The translations under genes and the position numbers were made by a program. Shown one piece after another: positions 36,726 to 44,626 of a stretch of DNA of 64,000 nucleotides (position 1 is its first letter; every line of letters begins with the position of its first letter). This DNA is from Gammaproteobacteria bacterium (GTDB lineage Bacteria; Pseudomonadota; Gammaproteobacteria; Steroidobacterales; PWYM01): the NCBI GenBank assembly GCA_007127715.1, contig SKYU01000004.1:681-64680 (forward strand). The letters are read 5' to 3'. The notes under the pieces were generated by a model. It was not told where the DNA came from. It saw only the letters and a program-made list of their open reading frames with translations, and made no database searches.

Positions 36726-37834
36726 GGCAGGATCCGCACCGCCTCGCCATCGAGCAGCATCCCGTGACCGGCGGTGATCACCCGGTCGCCGGGCGCGAGG
36801 TCACCGCTCACGGCGACGTCGCCGCCCTGCAGGGCACCCAGGCCAACCGCGATGCGCTCGGCGCGGCCATCGCGCACCCTGAAGACGCGGCTGTTCCCGG
36901 CGCCGGGGTCGATGATCGCGGCCACGGGTACCAGCAGGACATCCTCTCGGGTGATCTCGAGAAACGCGTGCACGGGCTCGCCTGGTGCCCATGGCAGGCC
37001 GTTGGGGAGGCTGTCGGGCAGGGCCACCACGGCCGGCAGCGTGCGTCCCGGCGCCGCGACGCCGATCTCGCGTAGCACCGCCTCGACCAGCCTCCCGTCA
37101 GCGAGGCGCTGCACACGGACGCCGGCCCCCGGTACAAGCGCACCCGTCCAGATGGCCGGCAACTCGAGGCGGACTTCCAGCCGGCGGGTGTCCGCGAGGG
37201 CGAGGACCGGCTGACCCGCGCCGACGAAATCGCCGGGTTCGACGTGAAAGTCGGTGATGATCCCGGCGAACGGCGCGCGCAGGGTTGCTTCGGCGAGTTG
37301 CTCGCGCGCGTCGGCCAGACCCGCCTCGGCACGGGCCAGTGCCGCGAGGGCCGCCTCCTGTCGCGACCTGGCGCGTTCGAGGTCTTCATCGGCTACGAGG
37401 CGGCGTTCGGCCAGGCCCTCGAGCCGCTCGACATCACGCTCGAGCTGCGCAGCCGTTTCACGCGCCTCGCGCATCGCCGCCTCGGCGGCGAGTACGCCGG
37501 GTTGCAGCGATGGGTTGTGAAGTACCGCCAGCGGCTCGCCGGCCTCCACGTGCTGACCGAGCCCTACCGTACGTTCCGCCAGGATGCCCCCGTGCAGGAA
37601 GGCGGGCTGAGCACGCTGCACGGCGCGCACAGTCCCCGGAAGACGCAGTGCCTCGGTGGCCGGTGCGAGGCGCACCTCGGTCACTTCGACAGGGCGGGGC
37701 ATGACCGGGGAGTGGGTCGTCGTCTCGGCGGTCCCCGGGGCGCAGCCCGCCCCCAAGGCACCGGCCAGCACCAGCCACACAACTGCCAGGCGGGCCACGC
37801 GCGGATCATGGGAGAGGGGTGACAGGCGTGGCAT
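36722..37834 (-). CDS. RND efflux periplasmic adaptor (membrane fusion protein), lipoprotein
   Basis: Lipobox LAGALGAGC. Coiled-coil hairpin (EARETAAQLERDVERLEGL...LERARSRQEAALAALARAEAGLADAREQL). Beta-barrel segment GDFVGAGQPVLALAD. Confidence 0.9.
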   Translation of the reverse strand: MPRLSPLSHDPRVARLAVVWLVLAGALGAGCAPGTAETTTHSPVMPRPVEVTEVRLAPATEALRLPGTVRAVQRAQPAFLHGGILAERTVGLGQHVEAGEPLAVLHNPSLQPGVLAAEAAMREARETAAQLERDVERLEGLAERRLVADEDLERARSRQEAALAALARAEAGLADAREQLAEATLRAPFAGIITDFHVEPGDFVGAGQPVLALADTRRLEVRLELPAIWTGALVPGAGVRVQRLADGRLVEAVLREIGVAAPGRTLPAVVALPDSLPNGLPWAPGEPVHAFLEITREDVLLVPVAAIIDPGAGNSRVFRVRDGRAERIAVGLGALQGGDVAVSGDLAPGDRVITAGHGMLLDGEAVRILP

Positions 37835-37849
37835 GCTCGTTCGGCTCGT

Positions 37850-38458
37850 TCAGCGCGCAGAGGGGGGTAGCAGACCCGCCATGAAGATTCGCAGGAAGTC
37901 GTCGAGATAGGCCTGGTCATCACCGATGCCCGGCCACCCCGAGTGATGGGCCTTGGTCTGGAACCACTGGCTGCATGCGTGGACGAAGAGCGTGACCACA
38001 TGGGTCGGGTTGACGTCGTCCCGCAGCAGTCCGGCCTCCTGGGCCTCGCGGATGCGTTGTGCGCCAAGGCGCACGAGTTCGGCATCCATCTCGCTGCAGC
38101 CCTCGTCGGCATCCAGATGGATCCAGGCGAGCAGCCGGACGACCTCGGGGCGCTGCTGGAGAAACCGGAAATACCTTACGACGGAGGTTTCCAGAAGGCT
38201 GGCGTCCGGGACCGGCCGCGCCTCGAGCTCAGCCAGCTGCTCTTCCGCGTACAGGGCAAAGGCATGGGCCTTGACCGCCGTCCACAGCGCCTCCTTGGTG
38301 CCGAAGTGGTGGTGGATGAGGCTTTTGGTGACCCCAGAGGTCTCGGCGATCTCGCGCACCGACACGGCGGCCACCCCATGGGTGACGAACAGCTCGAGGG
38401 CCGCGTCGAGAATGCGGGCACGGGTCGCTTCGGGGTCGCGCGCGGAGGGGGTGTCCAT
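37850..38458 (-). CDS. TetR/AcrR family transcriptional repressor
   Basis: N-terminal HTH RILDAALELFVTHGVAAVSVREIAETSGVTKSLIHHHFGTKEALW. It lies 15 bp upstream of the MFP gene on the same strand. Confidence 0.9.
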   Translation of the reverse strand: MDTPSARDPEATRARILDAALELFVTHGVAAVSVREIAETSGVTKSLIHHHFGTKEALWTAVKAHAFALYAEEQLAELEARPVPDASLLETSVVRYFRFLQQRPEVVRLLAWIHLDADEGCSEMDAELVRLGAQRIREAQEAGLLRDDVNPTHVVTLFVHACSQWFQTKAHHSGWPGIGDDQAYLDDFLRIFMAGLLPPSAR

Positions 38459-38494
38459 GTCTGCACTCTACTTCTGACTGGCCGACCGGTCAAT

Positions 38495-38514
38495 ACGTTG
38501 CGGTGCAGCAACGT
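38495..38514. promoter_or_regulatory. Inverted repeat ACGTTGC-n6-GCAACGT, a candidate TetR operator
   Basis: Read directly from the sequence. It lies 37 bp upstream of the tetR start and is flanked by two CCGGTCAA direct repeats. Confidence 0.4.
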
Positions 38515-38600
38515 GACCTGGTGGTCCGGTCAACGCGCCGGATTGGCCAGAGACCCGTCGCCGGCGCTATTGTGAACAGACATTCGAACGGGGAAGTGAC

Positions 38601-38810
38601 ATGCACTGGAGCCGCATTCTCGGGATCGCCCTGCTGGTGCTTGGAGCCGCATTGCTGTTCCTGGGCTACAACGCGAGCGAGAGCCTGACCGAAGAAGTAC
38701 ACGAAACCCTGACCGGCCGGTTTACCGACGAGACCCGCAATTACCTGGTGGGCGGTGCGGTTGCCGCGGTGGTCGGCGTCGTGCTGTTCCTGTTCGGCGG
38801 ACGGCGGTGA
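38601..38810 (+). CDS. DUF3185 small membrane protein
   Basis: 69 aa with two TM helices (ILGIALLVLGAALLFLGYNAS...LVGGAVAAVVGVVLFLFGG). Its stop overlaps the next start (GTGA). Confidence 0.65.
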   Translation: MHWSRILGIALLVLGAALLFLGYNASESLTEEVHETLTGRFTDETRNYLVGGAVAAVVGVVLFLFGGRR

Positions 38811-39778
38811 CGATGGCTGAATCAGCCCGGCCGCGCGATCCGGCGATCCGGGCGCACGGGCTGAGCAAGTGTTTCGGCCCGACCCGCGCGCTTGCCGGCG
38901 TGGATCTCGAGGTGCCGGCCGGCAGCGTGCTTGGCATGCTGGGTCCGAATGGCGCCGGGAAGACCACGACGGTGCGTGTGTTGACCACCCTGCTTGCGCC
39001 GGATTCCGGCGATGCCTGGGTGGGTGGCTTTCACGTCCAGCGGCAGGCCCATGCAGTTCGTCAGCTCATCGGGCTCACCGGGCAGTACGCCTCGGTGGAC
39101 GAGCGACTGACGGGCCGCGAGAACCTGATGATGATTGCAAGGCTCCTCGGACAGTCGCGGACGGAAGCCCGCACGAGGACCGACCGGCTGCTCGAGACCT
39201 TCAGCCTCGCGCATGCGGCCGGGCGCGCGACACGAGGCTACTCGGGTGGCATGCGGCGTCGGCTGGACCTGGCGGCAAGCCTGGTCGGCCGACCGCGGAT
39301 CCTGTTTCTCGATGAGCCGACCACAGGCCTGGATCCTCGCGCGCGCCTGGAACTCTGGCAGCTCATCCGGGAACTGGTCGCGGAGGGCACTACGGTGCTG
39401 CTCACCACCCAGTACCTGGAGGAGGCTGATGCGCTCGCGGACGAGATCGTGGTGGTCGACCAGGGTCGCGTCATCGCCTCCGGCACCGCCGAGCAGTTGA
39501 AGTCCCAGGTCGGTGCCCGCGCGCTGGTGGTGGTCGCCGCTGACGATGCCGAGGTGCCGGCGCTGCGAGGCCTGCTGCGGGAGGCCTGCGACCGGGATCC
39601 TCAGGTCGAGGGTCGCCGGCTGTCGGTGCCGGCGGCGGACGCGGCGCTGCTGCGGCGGGTGGTCAGGGGGCTTGATGAGGCCTCGCTGTCAGTGGAGGAG
39701 GTGACCTTGCGCAGTGCCAGTCTGGATGACGTATTCCTGGCGCTGACCGGTCATGGCGCGGAGACGCCCTCGATATGA
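38807..39778 (+). CDS. ABC transporter ATP-binding protein (DrrA/ABC-2 exporter type)
   Basis: Walker A GMLGPNGAGKTTT, signature YSGGMRRRLDLA, Walker B ILFLDEPTTGLD. Confidence 0.9.
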   Translation: MTMAESARPRDPAIRAHGLSKCFGPTRALAGVDLEVPAGSVLGMLGPNGAGKTTTVRVLTTLLAPDSGDAWVGGFHVQRQAHAVRQLIGLTGQYASVDERLTGRENLMMIARLLGQSRTEARTRTDRLLETFSLAHAAGRATRGYSGGMRRRLDLAASLVGRPRILFLDEPTTGLDPRARLELWQLIRELVAEGTTVLLTTQYLEEADALADEIVVVDQGRVIASGTAEQLKSQVGARALVVVAADDAEVPALRGLLREACDRDPQVEGRRLSVPAADAALLRRVVRGLDEASLSVEEVTLRSASLDDVFLALTGHGAETPSI

Positions 39779-40563
39779 GCGAGACAGGCCCGGGTGTGCT
39801 GGCGGGTCTGCGCCAGACCGCGACACTGGCCTGGCGCTCTCTGCTGCAGATCCGGCACAACCCGTGGGAACTCGGGGACTACAGCATCCAGCCGATTCTG
39901 TTCCTGCTGCTGTTCATGTTCGTTTTTGGCGGTGCGATCGCAGGCTCCACCGCCGAGTACCTGCGGTTCATTCTGCCCGGCGTGATCGTCATGAACATGG
40001 TGTTCGTGACGGTCTACGTGGGCTATGGCCTGAACACCGACCTCACCCGGGGTGTTTTCGACCGCTTCCGCGCCATGCCGATCGCACGCTGGGCGCCGCT
40101 GGCGGGGCGTATCGTCGCCGACCTGGTGAAACAGGCGTGGTGCATCGTGTTGCTGCTGGCGGTGGGGTTGTTGCTCGGATTCCGCGTGGAAGCCCCGTGG
40201 CCAGGGGTGCTGACGATGATGGTGCTGGTGCTGACGGTAGCACTGGCCATGTCGTGGATCATGGTGCTGGTCGGAGTGCTCGCGCGGGACCCGGAACACG
40301 TGCAGCTGTTCGGTTTCACGGCCCTGTTCCCGGTGACCTTCGTCAGCAACGTGTTCGTGCCAGTCGAGACCATGCCCGCCTGGCTCCAGGGTGTCGTCAT
40401 GCTCAATCCGGTGTCATTGCTGGCCGATGCCGCCCGTGGTCTGTTGCTTGGCGGTCCCGTCCTGACGTCCGCACTGGGTGCCCTGGGCTGGGCCGTGCTG
40501 CTGACTGTGGTGTTCGCGCCGCTGTCGGTGTGGGCGCTCAACCGGCGGCTGGCGCGGAGTTGA
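39775..40563 (+). CDS. ABC-2 type transporter permease
   Basis: 262 aa with 6 TM helices. ATGA overlap with the ATPase gene. Confidence 0.85.
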   Translation: MSETGPGVLAGLRQTATLAWRSLLQIRHNPWELGDYSIQPILFLLLFMFVFGGAIAGSTAEYLRFILPGVIVMNMVFVTVYVGYGLNTDLTRGVFDRFRAMPIARWAPLAGRIVADLVKQAWCIVLLLAVGLLLGFRVEAPWPGVLTMMVLVLTVALAMSWIMVLVGVLARDPEHVQLFGFTALFPVTFVSNVFVPVETMPAWLQGVVMLNPVSLLADAARGLLLGGPVLTSALGALGWAVLLTVVFAPLSVWALNRRLARS

Positions 40564-42079
40564 CGTCGGGCATCGGGCGCTCGGGCTGCCAGGTGCGCAG
40601 CGCACGCAATTTCGGGGTTTTCTTGTCCTGGTGATCGCGCATTCGGTTCAGCAGGCGGTCCAGTGCCTCGACGCCCTCCACCAGGTGCGGGCCCTTGTTC
40701 AGCATCACCGCCTCGGCGCGCACACTCATCGCGGCATCGGTCATCTCGCCGCGCGAGGGCAGGCCCTTGCGCACCAGGCTCTCCAGCACCTGGGTCGCCC
40801 AGATGACCGGGATATGGGCGGCCTCTGCCAGCCACATGATTTCTTCCTGCATCTCGGCCAGGCGTTCGAAGCCGATCTCGATGGCTAGATCGCCCCGGGC
40901 GATCATCACCGCTGTCGGCTGCCTACCGGCCGCCGCAACCATGATTTCCGGGAGTCGCGCGACCGCGCGGCCGGTTTCGATTTTCGCGACCAGGCCGAAA
41001 TGCTGCCAGTCTCTCGGACGCAGGTCTGCCAGATGCTCCTGGAGTCGCAGGATATCCTCGGCACCCTGAACGAAGCTGTAGCCAATGAGATCGGCCAGGG
41101 CGCACACCTGCGGCAGATCCTGCAGATCCCTGTCGGTGAGTGCAGGGATGTCGAGCGCTGTGTCCGGAAAGTTCAATCCTTTCTCGGGCTTGAGTTTTCC
41201 GCCCTTTCTACCGCACCGGGTGACACGCAGGGTGACCGCATCCACGTTCACGCATTCCACGACGCCGGCAAGCTTGCCGTCATCGACGAACACCCGCTGG
41301 CCAGGGGCGAGCTGAGCAAGAATCTCCGGGAGCTGGCATTCCGCTGCCCACGCACCTGCAGCTGCCGTGCAGCCCGGGCGATAGAGTGTGAAGCGGTCGC
41401 CGGGCTGCAGGCGTGTGCCGTCGGCTGGTGAGACGGTGGCGCCGGTTCGGCACTTGGGGCCGGCGAGATCCATGAGAATGCGTACGGGGCGGCCAAGGCT
41501 TCCCTCGAGCTTGCGGATGTGGCCGGCCATCGTACGCCATGCCTCGGGGGTATCGTGGGCGCAGTTGATGCGGAAGACGTCGGTGCCCGCGGCCATCAGG
41601 CGCGCGATCACGGTGGGGTCTTCGGCGGCCATACCGGGGAGCGTCACCACGATCCTGACGCGACGGGGCGCCACGCGGGGACCGAACAGGCGGTTGGAGT
41701 GCCGGTTGAGCAGCAGATTTCCGCGAAAAAACCGGTTCTCGCTCACCGGTCCGGGTCCTGGCTGCCCGGCGAATCTTGACAAGGCCCAGCCGACCGCATC
41801 CAGATTGGCCAGCACCCGCCCTTCAAGACGACCCAGCGAGGAAAGCCCGAAAGGCATGAGCGCGGATTGCAGGGCCCGAAGGTCGCGCTGCCGGAGCGCG
41901 AGATAACAGGCAAGGTTCTGGGCGCTCTCGGCGTAGTCCTGACGCTCCAGCCAGGGCATCCAGCTGGCCGCGAGTGCCTGCCCTTCGGTAGCCACTGCAT
42001 CGCGCAGCGCGGTCAGCTCATCGCAGAGCGCATCGAGCAGCGGCGCGTTCAACGTGTCTCCGGGCAGCGTCAGTGACAT
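40538..42079 (-). CDS. Atypical pyruvate kinase family protein (N-terminal extension, no C-terminal allosteric domain)
   Basis: PK barrel motifs: RIVVTLPG...GTDVFRINCAHD, RILMDLAGPKCRTG, DLIGYSFVQ, LVAKIETGRAV, VMIARGDLAIEIG, VIWATQVLESL...PSRGEMTDAA. About 130 aa unrelated to PK precede the barrel. GTG 42088 is an alternative start. Confidence 0.75.
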   Translation of the reverse strand: MSLTLPGDTLNAPLLDALCDELTALRDAVATEGQALAASWMPWLERQDYAESAQNLACYLALRQRDLRALQSALMPFGLSSLGRLEGRVLANLDAVGWALSRFAGQPGPGPVSENRFFRGNLLLNRHSNRLFGPRVAPRRVRIVVTLPGMAAEDPTVIARLMAAGTDVFRINCAHDTPEAWRTMAGHIRKLEGSLGRPVRILMDLAGPKCRTGATVSPADGTRLQPGDRFTLYRPGCTAAAGAWAAECQLPEILAQLAPGQRVFVDDGKLAGVVECVNVDAVTLRVTRCGRKGGKLKPEKGLNFPDTALDIPALTDRDLQDLPQVCALADLIGYSFVQGAEDILRLQEHLADLRPRDWQHFGLVAKIETGRAVARLPEIMVAAAGRQPTAVMIARGDLAIEIGFERLAEMQEEIMWLAEAAHIPVIWATQVLESLVRKGLPSRGEMTDAAMSVRAEAVMLNKGPHLVEGVEALDRLLNRMRDHQDKKTPKLRALRTWQPERPMPDVNSAPAAG

Positions 42080-42209
42080 ACGCCGCACACAGTATGCCTG
42101 TGGCGTTACGGCACCGTGACAGTGACATCGTACGCAGGTGGTGGTGACATCTGGCTGTCACTGGAGACCCGCATGCTAGGCGTCGGAACCTGCCTGGAGA
42201 GAAGGCCCG

Positions 42210-42470
42210 ATGATCAGAATCAAGGCGCACCTGCACACCCAAGAGCTGCTGGACGAGAGTCACCTGCTGGATCTTCGTCGTGTCGTCGAGGGGATCAGTA
42301 CCACCCCGGAGCATGTGCTGGTCTATCCGCCCGAGGGGGGCGAAGGCGGACTCATGGCGGAATTCGATGTCGAGGACGCGCCCCAGGCCAGCCTGCTCGA
42401 AGACATCAGCCGTGCGCTCATGAGTGCTGTTCCGGGCGTCTATGACATCGGGCTTGCGTTTCGCGATTGA
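42210..42470 (+). CDS. Hypothetical small acidic protein (86 aa)
   Basis: GGAGAGAAGG RBS before ATG 42210. Coding-like codon bias. No motif recognised. Confidence 0.45.
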   Translation: MIRIKAHLHTQELLDESHLLDLRRVVEGISTTPEHVLVYPPEGGEGGLMAEFDVEDAPQASLLEDISRALMSAVPGVYDIGLAFRD

Positions 42471-42505
42471 TCGACCCGATAGACCCGGTCGACCGGCAGC
42501 GCGGG

Positions 42506-44164
42506 TCAGTACACCAGTGACCAGTTCTGGCGATACACATCTGCCTGCCGCAGTTCGCCGCGTTCCGCGAGGTATTCCTCGATCAGACTGCGTACGGATC
42601 GGGGAATCTCTGCAACCAGACGTGCTTCGGCGAGCATGGTATAGCCGCCTGCGCCCTGCGCACGGTAGGAGTTCACGGCGAGCGTGAACAGGTCCTCGTC
42701 GCGCACCACTGCGCCGTCGACCTCAAGCCGTGTGATCCGGTCCCCTAGGGGGCGGCGGAGGTCGATGACATAGTCAGCGCCGGAGACGATGTCGAAGTTG
42801 TACCCCGGCCAACCCTCGGCGACTACCGGTACGCCGTCCTCGACACCTGCGTAGAAGCCTGCGGCATGTTCCAGATAGGCGCGCAGCTGCTCGCCCGTGA
42901 TCTCGAGTACCATCAGGGTATTCTCATAAGGATACAGGGCGGCAAGGTCGGCGCGCGTGATCGGCCCCGGCCCGAACGCCAGGCGGGTGGTGAACGCTGC
43001 GCTTGCCGAGAGCTGGGCGTCGCCGGCCTGCGTCTGCACTCGCTGGATGAGGTCGACCATCGGTGTGTCTCGCAGGCGTGCCTCGCGACTGTCCCAGGCC
43101 TCTGGCGTTGTGGCGATGGTCTCAGCCACCCAGGCGCGAACCTCTTCGTGCCAGCCCTCGACCCGCTGCATCAGCCCAGGTTCGGCATCGAGTCCGGCCA
43201 GGGGCAGTGCGCGGCTGCTCAGCGACTGCACCTGCCAGCCCTCGGCGTCGGCTGTCGTCTCGAGCGTCAGCCTGACCTCGCCAAGGTGCGAGGCCCAGCG
43301 CCCGGGCTGAACGACCGCTACCTGGCGGCCCTGGGGCCCCTCGAGCACGAGATCGTCGATCACTCGATGGGAATGCGAGAGGATGGCGACGTCTACGCCG
43401 GGGACCGATTCGATAACGGCCCGGCCGAAGTTCTCGAGCCTGCCCTGCGGCCCGCCTGTTTGTCCTGCCCGGCTTTCAAGCCCCGTGTGCAGCAACAGCA
43501 CCACGATATCGGCACCGGCCTCACGGAGTTTCGGCACGAAGCGGGCGGCAGCGGTAATGCCGTCACCGAAATCCAGCCTGCCCTCGACGTGATGGCGGTC
43601 CCAGACCGCAGAACCCGGCGTGGTCAGTCCGAGCACTCCCACCCTGACGCCACCGAGTTCGCGCAGGATGTACGGGGTGTAGGCGGGCGTGTCCGTGCCG
43701 TGGTGATAGACATTCCCGGCGAGAACCGGCGTCGAGGTGAGATCGACCTGCGCATTGATGTAGGGGACGCCGAAATTGAACTCGTGGTTGCCGAGGACGA
43801 TGGCATCGTAGTCGAGAGCATCCATGACATGGAGCACCGGGTGCTGCGTCACGGGGGCGGGCAGCGTGGCGAAATAGTCCGCGAACGGGTTGCCCTGGAG
43901 GAAGTCACCGGCGTCCAGCAGGAGTACATGATCGCGCTCCCGCCGCATGCGCTGGATCACGCTGGCAGCCTTCAGCAGGCCATGGGCCTCGTCGGGTTCG
44001 TCGCGTAGATAGTCCCAAGACATCACGCGCCCATGCACGTCCGCGGTGGCGAGAATCGTCAGCTCCACCCGTTGCGTCGGTGGCTCTGCACAGGCGGCCA
44101 GCAGCACCAGCGTCAGGCCGGCTGCGAGGACGAGGGTACCGAGGCGCAGGAATGTGGAAATCAT
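42506..44164 (-). CDS. Bifunctional metallophosphatase / 5'-nucleotidase lipoprotein (UshA/CpdB family)
   Basis: Lipobox LVLLAAC. Metallophosphoesterase motifs ATADVHG, DAGDFLQGNP, GNHEFN, LLHTG, SHSH. A C-terminal 5'-nucleotidase substrate-binding domain. Confidence 0.85.
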   Translation of the reverse strand: MISTFLRLGTLVLAAGLTLVLLAACAEPPTQRVELTILATADVHGRVMSWDYLRDEPDEAHGLLKAASVIQRMRRERDHVLLLDAGDFLQGNPFADYFATLPAPVTQHPVLHVMDALDYDAIVLGNHEFNFGVPYINAQVDLTSTPVLAGNVYHHGTDTPAYTPYILRELGGVRVGVLGLTTPGSAVWDRHHVEGRLDFGDGITAAARFVPKLREAGADIVVLLLHTGLESRAGQTGGPQGRLENFGRAVIESVPGVDVAILSHSHRVIDDLVLEGPQGRQVAVVQPGRWASHLGEVRLTLETTADAEGWQVQSLSSRALPLAGLDAEPGLMQRVEGWHEEVRAWVAETIATTPEAWDSREARLRDTPMVDLIQRVQTQAGDAQLSASAAFTTRLAFGPGPITRADLAALYPYENTLMVLEITGEQLRAYLEHAAGFYAGVEDGVPVVAEGWPGYNFDIVSGADYVIDLRRPLGDRITRLEVDGAVVRDEDLFTLAVNSYRAQGAGGYTMLAEARLVAEIPRSVRSLIEEYLAERGELRQADVYRQNWSLVY

Positions 44165-44253
44165 CAGATGCTTGTCCCGTTTCCGTGAGGATGCGTAAAG
44201 TGTAGCGTTCTCGGGTTATCGGACGATGACAAGCCAGGTTCGCGCGACCATGC

Positions 44254-44601
44254 TCAGAAGGTGGAGAGTCCGGTGGCTTCCATGATCCGGTACTGCCAGT
44301 AGCGAAGACGCCGCTCGTCTGCGTAGCGTGAGTAGGGCAGGCTGAATGATCGGCCGTCCTCGTTGGTCCAGCGCAGGTCGAACCACTCAGCCGCGGTGAC
44401 CATGACCCCGGCTGCGGCATGGCCCGTCACCGCCAGGCCGGTTTCGAGATTGAAGTTGTCAAGATTTCGTCGGGTGAAGTTCGCCGAACCGCTGATCAGT
44501 CGTGCGGTACCGTCCGGGTTGACCACCAGCAGCTGCTTGCTGTGGCATTGTTCGCTGCGGGTAACGTACCGCCGCCATTTGAGGGGCTTTCGCATCTGCA
44601 T
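44254..44601 (-). pseudogene. C-terminal remnant of a phospholipase D-family (HKD) gene
   Basis: The 115-codon ORF has a single HKD motif (HSKQLLVV...GSANFTRRN) only about 20 residues from its start. The N-terminal half and first HKD are absent. The upstream gene ends 25 bp away. G+C is slightly lower than the flanks by eye. Confidence 0.5.
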
Positions 44602-44626
44602 GCTGCCCTGGTCGTGTCAGCCCCGG

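Noticed and set aside
33447-36767. 1106-aa plus-strand ORF
   Set aside because: It is antisense to the RND permease. The composition is biased (G/R/Q/H/D) and no domain is recognisable.
39751-40299. 182-aa His/Gln-rich minus-strand ORF, with a 293-aa plus-strand ORF at 39753..40634
   Set aside because: Both are alternative frames of the ABC-2 permease gene. That gene has the expected 6-TM profile and an ATGA coupling to the ATPase gene.
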